Shown here in pieces: positions 17,156 through 25,344 of a stretch of 32,000 nucleotides of DNA. The position numbers and the translations under genes are program-made. How positions within the stretch are numbered: the first letter of the stretch is position 1; every line of letters begins with the position of its first letter. The notes under the pieces were generated by a model that was not told the DNA's origin, ran no database searches, and worked only from the letters and a program-made list of their open reading frames with translations. The DNA comes from Halorutilales archaeon Cl-col2-1 (GTDB taxonomy: Archaea > Halobacteriota > Halobacteria > Halobacteriales > Afararchaeaceae), in the NCBI GenBank assembly GCA_041891055.1, contig CP169074.1, positions 388,795-420,794 on the forward strand. Reading direction: 5' to 3'.

Positions 17156-18124
17156 TTAAAACAGATGGTCGTCGACCGTCCTAGCGCTCCCACCGACCTT
17201 CCAGATCCGTGACTCGACCCCGAGGGCTTCGACTTCCTCAGCGACCCTGTCGGCGTGTTCCTTAGTCGTGTTGAGGTAGGCGGTTGCTCCGGTGTCGGTC
17301 GAGAAGTAGACGGGCACGCCGTCGTCTCTCAGGTCGCGCGCGAGTTCGAGGAGTTCGAGTGTCTCGGGCTGCCAGTAGATCCAGTTCTCGGGTCCCGTCA
17401 TAGTGACCGCGAGTAGCGAGAGTGAGTCGCTCTCGGCTGAGGAGAAGGTCTCGTCGAAGTCGCCGTCACGTAAGGACTTCCGCATCTCGGCGACCGCACC
17501 GTGTATGTACGCGAGACGGCTCTCGAAGAGATGCGACTCCGCCGCCTCGTCGTGTGCGCGCGCTGTGTGTTTGAACTCGGGGACGAGTCCGACGACTATC
17601 CTGAGGTCATCCTCGTCGAACCCCGTCTGAATACGTTCGGACGCACACTCTTCGTCGACCATGCTCGTCCGGAGATGTGAGAAGCCTCCCGTTACGCTCC
17701 TCGTCGCAGAAGTCGCCCCACGTCGTGCTATAGCGGATATCTCCTCTAAGCTTAGGTCGAGACCCGCCGCCCTCACCGCGGCGACCGAGAGCGCGCCGAA
17801 GCCCGACGACGACGCGCCTAAGCCGACGTTTGACGGGAATGTGTTCTCCGACTCAACCCTCGCCCCCGAACTGACGTCGGATATCTCGCGCACCTTGTCG
17901 AGTATCTTAGATGCTCTCTCATACCCCGAGTCGTCTATCTCTTCTCCGTCGACTATCACGGTGTCGTCGTCGTGTCCGAACTCGACTGTCGTCTTGGTCG
18001 AGGACGGCGCTGTGCATACCGAGATCGAGTCGTGGTACGGGATACGGAGTTCGTCGTCGCGCAGACCGTGGTACTTGATAAGACCCTGTATCGGATGGGC
18101 TATCGCGGTCGCCTTTCTCGTCAT
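17156..18124 (-). CDS. Mevalonate-pathway decarboxylase of the GHMP-kinase fold (diphospho-/phosphomevalonate decarboxylase family)
   Basis: Motifs are IAHPIQGLIKYHG, GLGASSSGFGALS (GHMP motif) and YFSTDTGATAY. Substrate (MVAPP versus MVAP) cannot be decided from sequence by eye. Confidence 0.85.
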   Translation of the reverse strand: MTRKATAIAHPIQGLIKYHGLRDDELRIPYHDSISVCTAPSSTKTTVEFGHDDDTVIVDGEEIDDSGYERASKILDKVREISDVSSGARVESENTFPSNVGLGASSSGFGALSVAAVRAAGLDLSLEEISAIARRGATSATRSVTGGFSHLRTSMVDEECASERIQTGFDEDDLRIVVGLVPEFKHTARAHDEAAESHLFESRLAYIHGAVAEMRKSLRDGDFDETFSSAESDSLSLLAVTMTGPENWIYWQPETLELLELARDLRDDGVPVYFSTDTGATAYLNTTKEHADRVAEEVEALGVESRIWKVGGSARTVDDHLF

Positions 18125-18147
18125 GTCTCAAATCCCTCCCTGACGTT

Positions 18148-18190
18148 CGCAAATCGAAGATTTGCGTGCACACGAGAATGAACTCTCGTG
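18148..18190. promoter_or_regulatory. Two adjacent perfect inverted repeats upstream of the decarboxylase gene
   Basis: The first is cgcaaatc-gaa-gatttgcg (18148-18166; 8-bp stem, 3-nt loop). The second is cacgaga-atgaac-tctcgtg (18171-18190; 7-bp stem, 6-nt loop). A gtgcac palindrome (18166-18171) bridges them. They lie 24-66 nt upstream of the start at 18124. Confidence 0.35.
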
Positions 18191-18305
18191 ACCATCTCGA
18201 AAGTATTCTGATTTTCGCTCATACTATACTCTGTTCGGGGTGGACTCAAATATAGTTCGGTCAGTCCGGAGCATAACTCAGAAGTCAGAGCACACAGACT
18301 AACAT

Positions 18306-18491
18306 ATGGAGCCTCTCGAGAGCTGTGCCCGACGAGACGAAGTCGAAGAAGCCGGAGTGCGTAAGTACGATGGATTCGGCGTCTCCGAACAAAGAGAATT
18401 GGAGGCTCTCGACACCGCGCTGATAAGCATCAGTATTACACCCAATGATGTGGCTGAGAGGGTCAACGTCTTACGTACACGGGATATTTAG
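18306..18491 (+). CDS. Questionable small ORF (61 aa) upstream of the APC permease
   Basis: An open frame with acidic composition. Its codon choice (gaa, att, aat, gat, tta) is more A/T-ending than in neighbouring genes. No motif was recognised. Confidence 0.3.
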   Translation: MEPLESCARRDEVEEAGVRKYDGFGVSEQRELEALDTALISISITPNDVAERVNVLRTRDI

Positions 18492-18531
18492 ACGAAGCTT
18501 CAAGTCGTTAGACCGAGACGTCTGACCCACT

Positions 18532-19752
18532 ATGCGTGGCGAAGACGAGCCTGGGCTCAGACGTGAGATAGGACTCTTCGAGGCGACAGTCTACGGAGTG
18601 GGTCTGATACTCGGAGCGGGTATATACGCTGTTCTCGGAGAGGCTACGGGGGTCACGGGCGAGTCGGTCGTCGTGTCTTTCTTGATCGCCGCCGTGATAG
18701 CCTCACTCACCGGACTCAGCTACGCCGAACTCTGTTCCCTTTACCCTAAGGAGGAGGCAGACTACATCTACGTCCGAGAGGCTTTCGGAAGCAAGAAGCT
18801 CTCCGAAGCCACGGCTGTTCTGCGTCTCCTCGTGGGTGTCATATCCGCGGCTGCTGTCGCACTCGCCTTCGCGGGCTACTTCTCGTCTTTCGTCGACATA
18901 CCCCGGATTCCGGTGGCTGTCTCGGTCGTCGCGGCGACTGCTTACGTCAACTACCGAGGCATACAGCTTTCGTCTAAGCTCAACCTGATCTTCACCTCGG
19001 TCGAGGTCGCAGGGCTCATCTTCGTAGTCTGGATAGGTAGGTCGACGTGGGGAGACGTCGATCCCCTACAGATGACCAACGGGAGCGTAGGTGTTCTCAA
19101 GTCGGCTTTTCTGATATTCTTCGCTTACATCGGCTTCGGTTCGATAGTCAGCATCTCTGAGGAGTCGAAGGACGCTACTGACACGATACCCAAAGCCATA
19201 CTCGCCTCTATAGGTATCACGACAGTCCTCTATGTCCTCGTAGGCTTGTCGGCGGTGGGAGTCGTCGACTCACAGCTTCTCGGAGCCTCTGACTCGCCAT
19301 TAGCAGTCGTCGCAAACCAGGGATGGGGGCCTGCCGCCTTCACGGTCATCTCCGTAATCGCCCTCTTCTCGACTATGAACACCGTCATGATACTCCAGAT
19401 ATCGACGTCACGTCTCCTCTATGGGGTCTCCAAGAAGGAGTACGACTCTTTCCCCGAGGTCTTCTCGAAGGTACACGAAGACACCAGGACGCCGTATGTC
19501 TCCGTCTGGTCCGTCGGTGTTATGACTGCCGCTTTCACGGTCTTGGGAGACATAGGCATCGTAGCAGGTCTCGCCAACCTCTTCCTCCTCATCGTATTCA
19601 TCCTCATCAACCTCTCACTCCTGAGTCTGAGGTACAGACGTCCAGACATCGATCGGGGTTTCAGAGCGCCTCTTAACATAGGAAGACTGTCAGTCACAGC
19701 TCTCGGAGGCGTCGTCTCATGTATACTACTCATACTCTTTTACCTCGTCTGA
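18532..19752 (+). CDS. Amino-acid permease, APC superfamily
   Basis: About 12 hydrophobic segments. An N-terminal GLILGAGIYAVLGEA-type motif and FFAYIGFGS are typical of APC transporters. Confidence 0.85.
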   Translation: MRGEDEPGLRREIGLFEATVYGVGLILGAGIYAVLGEATGVTGESVVVSFLIAAVIASLTGLSYAELCSLYPKEEADYIYVREAFGSKKLSEATAVLRLLVGVISAAAVALAFAGYFSSFVDIPRIPVAVSVVAATAYVNYRGIQLSSKLNLIFTSVEVAGLIFVVWIGRSTWGDVDPLQMTNGSVGVLKSAFLIFFAYIGFGSIVSISEESKDATDTIPKAILASIGITTVLYVLVGLSAVGVVDSQLLGASDSPLAVVANQGWGPAAFTVISVIALFSTMNTVMILQISTSRLLYGVSKKEYDSFPEVFSKVHEDTRTPYVSVWSVGVMTAAFTVLGDIGIVAGLANLFLLIVFILINLSLLSLRYRRPDIDRGFRAPLNIGRLSVTALGGVVSCILLILFYLV

Positions 19753-19815
19753 GTGGGATTAGAGGCTCATACCAGAGAGTACAAGGCTGTTGTGTTGCTA
19801 TAAATACTAAACCAA

Positions 19816-21738
19816 ATGACGAGGACGAAGGTCTGGATAGCTCTGAGTCTACTTCTTCTGAGTCTGTCCCTCGGTGTCTTTGCCGTCGACAGTTCGGGAG
19901 GCAGTCCCGACCCCGTGAGGTTCGGGGAGACTGTTAAGTCGGGTATAAGCCACGCTCAGACTATCACTGCGAACTCACAGGGCCTCACGGCACCCAAGGC
20001 AGAGGTTTTCTACTCACAGTACGAGTACGTCGTCGGGTATAGAGGTCTTTCGTCGCTCGTCGAGACGCTCAACAGCGACGGACACACGATGCGTTTCGGA
20101 AAGCCCCTTGCAGTCTACGTCACCGCCTTCGACGGCACCGACGTCGAGCCTTCGAACACATCAGGATTCGTCAGAAAGGACAGTTCGTCGTACACCGACT
20201 GGGTCAGAGCGTCTGAGGCTTGGTTCGTACTGACTCAGCCCACGACAGTCGTACCGTTCTCGTCGGAGTCGGCGGCACGTTCGTACGCCGACGAGCACAA
20301 CGGTGAGGTCACCGACTGGGACGGTCTCGTCTCGGAGCGAATGTACGCCCGGGGTCACGACGAACAGACCTCTACCACCGAGGCTATGAGGCAGAAGGAA
20401 GAGACAATGGAGGAAGAAGCCGACTCTCTTGAGTCACGCGCTCTGTCCCTCCTCGACAGGGAGGTATCAGTGACAGTCGAAAACGCCACCTCGGAAGCGT
20501 TACGCAGAGCCGTGGAACGCGCGCCTCCGAGGACGTCTGTAAGGCTCACTGAGGGTACTTACGTCATCAACGAGACCCTAAACGTCACTAAGCCAGTAAG
20601 CCTCGTCGGAGAGGGCGACTCGACGCATCTCAAAGGTGATGGAGACGGAACCGTCGTCCGTCTCTCGTCTCCTGAGTCAGCCGTGTCGTCAGTCAGGATC
20701 ACGGGCGTCGGAAACGCGACGAGACAGACTGACAAGTACGGAGGCGTCGGTGAAGGGGACAACTGGGACTCCGAGATAGAGAGGACGTACGGAAGCGGTG
20801 ACGCCGGAGTCGCAGTCATAAGAGCCAACTCGTCTCTCGTCCACGACGTCAACATAACCTCACCCGCAAACGGGGTTCTCGTCCGTGACTCACCTGACTC
20901 CGTGGTCACCCACTCAGTAGTACGGGGCGCGGAGAGATCCTCCGACGGCTTCATGGGCGTGATGGTGATGAGGTCGCCGATGCTGATACAGAACTCGACA
21001 CTCCTCGACGGACGTGACGCAGTCTACTCCCACCGTTCCGACGGCCTCGCTATACGGAACAGCTTCATAGACCCGGGACGTTTCGGTGTTCATCTGATGT
21101 TCACCTCTGACACCTACATAGCCAACAACACCGTAAGGGACGCTTACTCCGGGATAGTTGTAATGACACGTCCCGTCGGCAACGTCGTAGTCGGAAACGA
21201 CGTCCGTGAGTCGAGAAGCGGTATCGTGACTGCGGGAGGTGACACCTACGTCGCGCGCAACGTCCTCGTCGACAACTCTTACGGTCTCAAGATAGGCACA
21301 CGCACTTCAGTCTACGAGAAAAACGTCATGGTCGAGAACGGTGTCGGGGCGAGGGCGTCAGGGATAATAGCCTCCAACCGCGTCGTCTCGAACGACTTCG
21401 TGGACAATGACAGGTCTGCGACGTCACTCTACGGATCCCTCAGGATCTGGTCGTCGGACGGGATCGGCAACTACTGGAGCCGGAACGTAGACCTCGGGTC
21501 GGAGTCTGGGTCGGAGTCCGAAAGCTACCGTCCGACGGGCGTCGTCGAGTCCGATCTGCGTAAGCCGGGATACGTAACCCTGTCGGAGTCACCCGCTCTC
21601 AAGGGTCTGAGATCGCTCGAAGGAACCGTACCCGGAATGAGAGCCGAGGGGATAGTCGACCAGAGTCCGTCGGAGAGCCGTATAAACAGACGTCTCGTAA
21701 AACAAGCCAAGAACGATCAGACGAAATATGCCAAGTAA
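19816..21738 (+). CDS. nosD: NosD-family parallel beta-helix protein with an N-terminal NosL-like extension
   Basis: - N-terminal signal/anchor: WIALSLLLLSLSLGVFAV.
- The C-terminal ~400 aa are PbH1-type repeats (RFGVHLMFTSDTYIANNTV, YSGIVVMT, VVGNDV, NSYGLKIG) ending in GIGNYWS, as in NosD.
- Residues ~60-190 (AVYVTAFDG...AWFVL...VVPFSSESAARSYADEHNGEVTDWDGL) resemble the C-terminal half of NosL but lack Cys/Met ligands. That part of the call is weak. Confidence 0.75.
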   Translation: MTRTKVWIALSLLLLSLSLGVFAVDSSGGSPDPVRFGETVKSGISHAQTITANSQGLTAPKAEVFYSQYEYVVGYRGLSSLVETLNSDGHTMRFGKPLAVYVTAFDGTDVEPSNTSGFVRKDSSSYTDWVRASEAWFVLTQPTTVVPFSSESAARSYADEHNGEVTDWDGLVSERMYARGHDEQTSTTEAMRQKEETMEEEADSLESRALSLLDREVSVTVENATSEALRRAVERAPPRTSVRLTEGTYVINETLNVTKPVSLVGEGDSTHLKGDGDGTVVRLSSPESAVSSVRITGVGNATRQTDKYGGVGEGDNWDSEIERTYGSGDAGVAVIRANSSLVHDVNITSPANGVLVRDSPDSVVTHSVVRGAERSSDGFMGVMVMRSPMLIQNSTLLDGRDAVYSHRSDGLAIRNSFIDPGRFGVHLMFTSDTYIANNTVRDAYSGIVVMTRPVGNVVVGNDVRESRSGIVTAGGDTYVARNVLVDNSYGLKIGTRTSVYEKNVMVENGVGARASGIIASNRVVSNDFVDNDRSATSLYGSLRIWSSDGIGNYWSRNVDLGSESGSESESYRPTGVVESDLRKPGYVTLSESPALKGLRSLEGTVPGMRAEGIVDQSPSESRINRRLVKQAKNDQTKYAK

Positions 21739-22534
21739 CTCAGATTCACAGACACGAAGTACATACGGCTCCGAGGTCGCGAAGCGTGGGGCTGTAGTAG
21801 AGGCTGAGGATATCAGTCACTCTTACGGAGACACACGTGTCCTTGACTCAGTCTCGTTCAGTCTCGTGGAGGGAAGTCTCAACGGTGTCGTGGGACCCAA
21901 CGGAAGCGGGAAGTCGACTCTCGTACGTATACTCACGGGTCTGCTTGAAGCCACGGACGGAGAAGTGACGGTTCACGGAGAAAGAGACGACGGCAGACAG
22001 GTCGGATACCTGCCTCAGAAAGCCGAGTACAGGTCTGCTTTCACCGTGAAAGAGACACTCGAATTCTACTCCCGACTCGTCGGAGACTCGTCTCAGTCGA
22101 CCGAGGAGGCACTCGAACTCGTGGGTCTTAGCGGCGCAGCCGACACGGACGTCGACGGTCTCTCTGGTGGGATGTTACGTCTCCTTGGAATCGCACAGGC
22201 GACTATAGGCGACCCTTCCGTGATCTTCCTCGACGAGCCTACGAGCGGTCTCGATCCCACGATGTCATACCGTATATTCGAGGTTCTGCGTGACCTCGCC
22301 GACAGAGGGACTACCGTCGTCGTCACTTCACACGACCTCACTCTCATAGAGACAAACGTCGACAGGCTTCTCTTACTCGACGAGGGTAGGCTACAGTTAG
22401 ACGGCTCCCCCGAAGAAGTTGTGGAGAGCGAGGGTTACGGTAGCCTCGCGGAGCTCTTCGCTGACATGGTCGAGGAGAAGGAAGGAACCACCGTGAGACA
22501 CGGACACCGAAACGGAGACGGGGGTGAGGCGTGA
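21728..22534 (+). CDS. nosF: ABC transporter ATP-binding protein (NosF-like)
   Basis: Walker A GPNGSGKST, signature LSGGM, Walker B VIFLDEPTSGLD and H-loop TSHD. Its start overlaps the end of nosD by 11 nt. Confidence 0.85.
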   Translation: MPSNSDSQTRSTYGSEVAKRGAVVEAEDISHSYGDTRVLDSVSFSLVEGSLNGVVGPNGSGKSTLVRILTGLLEATDGEVTVHGERDDGRQVGYLPQKAEYRSAFTVKETLEFYSRLVGDSSQSTEEALELVGLSGAADTDVDGLSGGMLRLLGIAQATIGDPSVIFLDEPTSGLDPTMSYRIFEVLRDLADRGTTVVVTSHDLTLIETNVDRLLLLDEGRLQLDGSPEEVVESEGYGSLAELFADMVEEKEGTTVRHGHRNGDGGEA

Positions 22535-23364
22535 TGTCTCTCTCCGAGACGGTCTCAAGGACACGTACAGTCGCAGAACGGGAGATAGACACTGTCGTTA
22601 GGACACGTGTCTACCTCGGTCTGATACTCGGCTTCGCGGGAGTCGTCACGGCGATAAGCTGGATCGGAGGCGGTGCGAAGAGCGGTTTCGTCCCAACAGT
22701 CGTCGACCTCCTCACCCCTGTCGAGGTCATAGTCCCGGTTCTCGGCTTCGCCTTCGGTTACAGAACCGTGCTAGGCGACAGACGCAGAGGAGAGCTCGAT
22801 CTCCTGTCGACCTATCCCATCGACCGACTTCCGTACATCGTCGGTGTCTTCGTGGGACGTGGAGTCGTACTCGCCGTCGGCACCGTCCTATCACTACTTC
22901 CCGCGGCGGTTCTCGCTTATCTCGTCTCGTCACCCGAGTCGGCTATATTCGCGTCCCACTCGGGAGCCGACTCGGTCGTACTCTACCTCAGATTCGTCGC
23001 GGTAACCACGGCTTTCTCTCTCGTCGTCCTATCAGCCGCGATAGCCGTCTCGGCGGTCGCTAACACAGTGCGCGGGGCTGTCGTCCTCGTCGTTATACTC
23101 TTAGTCGTTCTCGTAGCCGGACTCGACCTCGGGGTTCTCGGTCTCCTAGGTCAGGGAGTCGTCTCTGAGGACGCACTCACACAGGTCTTAGCCGTGAGTC
23201 CCAACAGCGCTTACAGGGGACTTGTCCTCGAAACAGTCGTAAGCGCGGCGATGGGTGCGGAGTCGTGGAACGCCGCGTCGCCTGTTGCGAGTCTCGTGGG
23301 TTTAGTCGCCTGGCTAGTCGTGAGCCTAGGGATCGCGGTTCTTAACACTCCGAAGAGTCGGTGA
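22531..23364 (+). CDS. nosY: ABC-2 type permease (NosY-like)
   Basis: About 6 hydrophobic segments. The start (GTG 22531 or ATG 22534) overlaps the nosF stop (gtgatg). The assignment rests mainly on context. Confidence 0.7.
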   Translation: MMSLSETVSRTRTVAEREIDTVVRTRVYLGLILGFAGVVTAISWIGGGAKSGFVPTVVDLLTPVEVIVPVLGFAFGYRTVLGDRRRGELDLLSTYPIDRLPYIVGVFVGRGVVLAVGTVLSLLPAAVLAYLVSSPESAIFASHSGADSVVLYLRFVAVTTAFSLVVLSAAIAVSAVANTVRGAVVLVVILLVVLVAGLDLGVLGLLGQGVVSEDALTQVLAVSPNSAYRGLVLETVVSAAMGAESWNAASPVASLVGLVAWLVVSLGIAVLNTPKSR

Positions 23365-23394
23365 GTTGCTTCGTTTCGGATCTTAGACCATCGT

Positions 23395-24378
23395 ATGGAA
23401 CCCCATATATATGACGAGCGACTAAGCCGAGGCATGGAAACGACACAGGTACTCGGGCTTCTCTCAGAGGACGATCCGGTCTCGGGGAAGGAGATTGCGG
23501 ATGAGTTCGGGGTCTCACGTAACGCAGTCTGGAAACACATAGAACGTCTCAGGGACGCGGGCTTCGAGATAGACAGCGACCCAAAGGGGTATGTCCTGAC
23601 GTCACCGGCGGAGTACGGCGACTTCGGTCTCTCGTACCACCTCAACTCCGAGACTATCGGCACCGAGATAGAGTACCGTGATGAGGTACCTTCTACGAAC
23701 TCCGTCGCGTCCCAACTCGCACGTGACGGGGCTCCCGAGGGTACCGTGGTGCTCGCCGACGTACAGAGACAGGGCAAGGGAAGACGCGGCCGTGAGTGGA
23801 CGAGCCCCTCCGGCGGCGTCTGGATGAGTACGGTTCTGCGTCCCGAGATACCCCCGAGGTCGGCGTCTGTGATAACTGTCGCGGCGTCGGTCGCAGTCGC
23901 GCGTGGGCTCGAAGAAGCCGGAGTTGGGCCGCGTATAAAATGGCCCAACGACGTCCTTGTCGACGGGAAGAAAATCTGTGGTATACTCGTCGAGATACAG
24001 GCTGACGCCGAGTCGCTCGAACACGCAGTCGTCGGCATAGGCATAAACGCAAACGTCGATATCGAAGATGACGACTGGAACGCGACCTCTGTAAAGGACG
24101 AGGTCGGACACGAGGTCAACAGGGCTGAGCTCGCGGCGTCGGTTCTCGAAGAGCTTGAAGACCTCTACTCTCTCGCGTCCGACGACGGTGACAGGAAGAT
24201 GGTCTTCGAGGAGTGGAAGGAGTACTCCGACACTATCGGAAGAGAGGTTCGTGTAGAGACACCAACCGAGACGATCGAGGGTGAGGCAGTCGGTGTCGAC
24301 GACACAGGGGCTCTGCGCGTAGAAACGTCCGACGGCGAGAGAGTCGTTACTGCGGGCGACTGCGAACATCTCCGTTAA
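23395..24378 (+). CDS. birA: Bifunctional biotin-protein ligase / biotin operon repressor
   Basis: N-terminal winged HTH (VSGKEIADEFGVSRNAVWKHIERLRDAGFEI), biotin-binding loop QGKGRRGREWTSPSGG, and KWPNDVLV. The true start is possibly 23434. Confidence 0.9.
   Translation: MEPHIYDERLSRGMETTQVLGLLSEDDPVSGKEIADEFGVSRNAVWKHIERLRDAGFEIDSDPKGYVLTSPAEYGDFGLSYHLNSETIGTEIEYRDEVPSTNSVASQLARDGAPEGTVVLADVQRQGKGRRGREWTSPSGGVWMSTVLRPEIPPRSASVITVAASVAVARGLEEAGVGPRIKWPNDVLVDGKKICGILVEIQADAESLEHAVVGIGINANVDIEDDDWNATSVKDEVGHEVNRAELAASVLEELEDLYSLASDDGDRKMVFEEWKEYSDTIGREVRVETPTETIEGEAVGVDDTGALRVETSDGERVVTAGDCEHLR
23404..23413 (+). promoter_or_regulatory. TATA-like catatatatg inside the annotated 5' end of the birA ORF
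   Basis: It lies ~26 nt upstream of the in-frame ATG at 23434 (METTQVLGLL...), which would be a leaderless start. Confidence 0.3.
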
Positions 24379-24390
24379 TATGATGCTACT

Positions 24391-25290
24391 GTGACCCCAA
24401 GACAGGTCATGGGAGACAGTGACAGTACGAAAACGAAAGCCGAAACTCTGCGAGAGAGTATAGAGTCGGATGGGATAGCCGTGATGCCGGGGGCGTTCGA
24501 CGCCCTGTCGGCGAAGCTAGTCGAGAGAGCGGGCTTCGAGACTGTCTTCACGACGGGATTTGGAATCTCGGCGTCGGCGCTTGGCTTTCCCGATCTCGGT
24601 CTGATGACGGCGTCGGAGAACATAGAGAGAGCTCAAAGGATAAACGACTCTGTCGGTATACCCCTCGTCGCAGACATGGACACGGGATACGGTAACGTAC
24701 TCAACGTCAGGAGAACCGTCGGAGACTGCATAGACGCCGGGATCGCGGGAGTCATACTTGAGGATCAGGAGTGGCCTAAGAGATGTGGACATATGGAGGA
24801 GAAGTCTGTTGTGACGAGATCGGAACACGCCCGCAGGATAGAGGCGGCGGCGGACATACGTGACGAGAAGGAGGAGGACATCGTGATTATAGCACGTACT
24901 GACGCGAGGGAGACACACGGTCTCGACGAGGCTATACAGAGGGGAGAGGAGTACTACGAGGCAGGTGCGGATGTCGTCTTCGTCGAAGCTCCCGAGTCGG
25001 AGTACGAACTCGAACGCGTAGCCGAGATCGAAGCGCCGACACTCGCAAACATGATAGAAGGAGGCAAGACGCCCTTCCTGAGCTACGATGAACTTGAGGA
25101 GATCGGCTTCGAGATGGTCGTCTATCCTCTGTCGTCGCTCTTCACGATGACACGTGCGGTCGAAGACGCATTAGAGACACTCAAGGAAGACGGAGAGACG
25201 ACTGACGTCGACACCGTCTCTTTCGACGAGTTCAAGGACGTCGTAGGCACTGAGGAGCACCACGAGACACGCAGACAGTACGGGGAGTGA
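24391..25290 (+). CDS. Isocitrate lyase/PEP mutase superfamily enzyme (methylisocitrate lyase, PrpB-like)
   Basis: Motifs are PGAFDALSAKLVERAGF, ADMDTGYG, EDQEWPKRCGH and IARTDA. Starts at GTG 24391 or ATG 24409. Confidence 0.85.
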   Translation: MTPRQVMGDSDSTKTKAETLRESIESDGIAVMPGAFDALSAKLVERAGFETVFTTGFGISASALGFPDLGLMTASENIERAQRINDSVGIPLVADMDTGYGNVLNVRRTVGDCIDAGIAGVILEDQEWPKRCGHMEEKSVVTRSEHARRIEAAADIRDEKEEDIVIIARTDARETHGLDEAIQRGEEYYEAGADVVFVEAPESEYELERVAEIEAPTLANMIEGGKTPFLSYDELEEIGFEMVVYPLSSLFTMTRAVEDALETLKEDGETTDVDTVSFDEFKDVVGTEEHHETRRQYGE

Positions 25291-25310
25291 ACCCGAAGCT
25301 AAGGACAACC

Positions 25311-25318
25311 TATAAATC
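25311..25318 (+). promoter_or_regulatory. TATA box tataaatc upstream of the COG1395-type regulator
   Basis: A/T 8-mer in a 48-nt spacer. The ATG at 25345 lies ~31 nt from its centre. Confidence 0.35.
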
Positions 25319-25344
25319 CGTCGAGTCCTCAGCTTAGTTTGGTA

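Noticed and set aside
18190-18305. Possible tRNA or structured ncRNA in the A/T-richer part of the 407-nt spacer
   Set aside because: I could not fold a cloverleaf and found no T-loop-like GTTCRANYC or other recognisable RNA-family signature by eye. It stays in the findings only as an unexplained region.
23211-24369. 302-aa and 255-aa minus-strand ORFs opposite birA/nosY
   Set aside because: They are antisense to BirA, which has an unmistakable GRGRRGR-type loop and HTH. Their products are Ser/Thr/Arg-rich and non-acidic.
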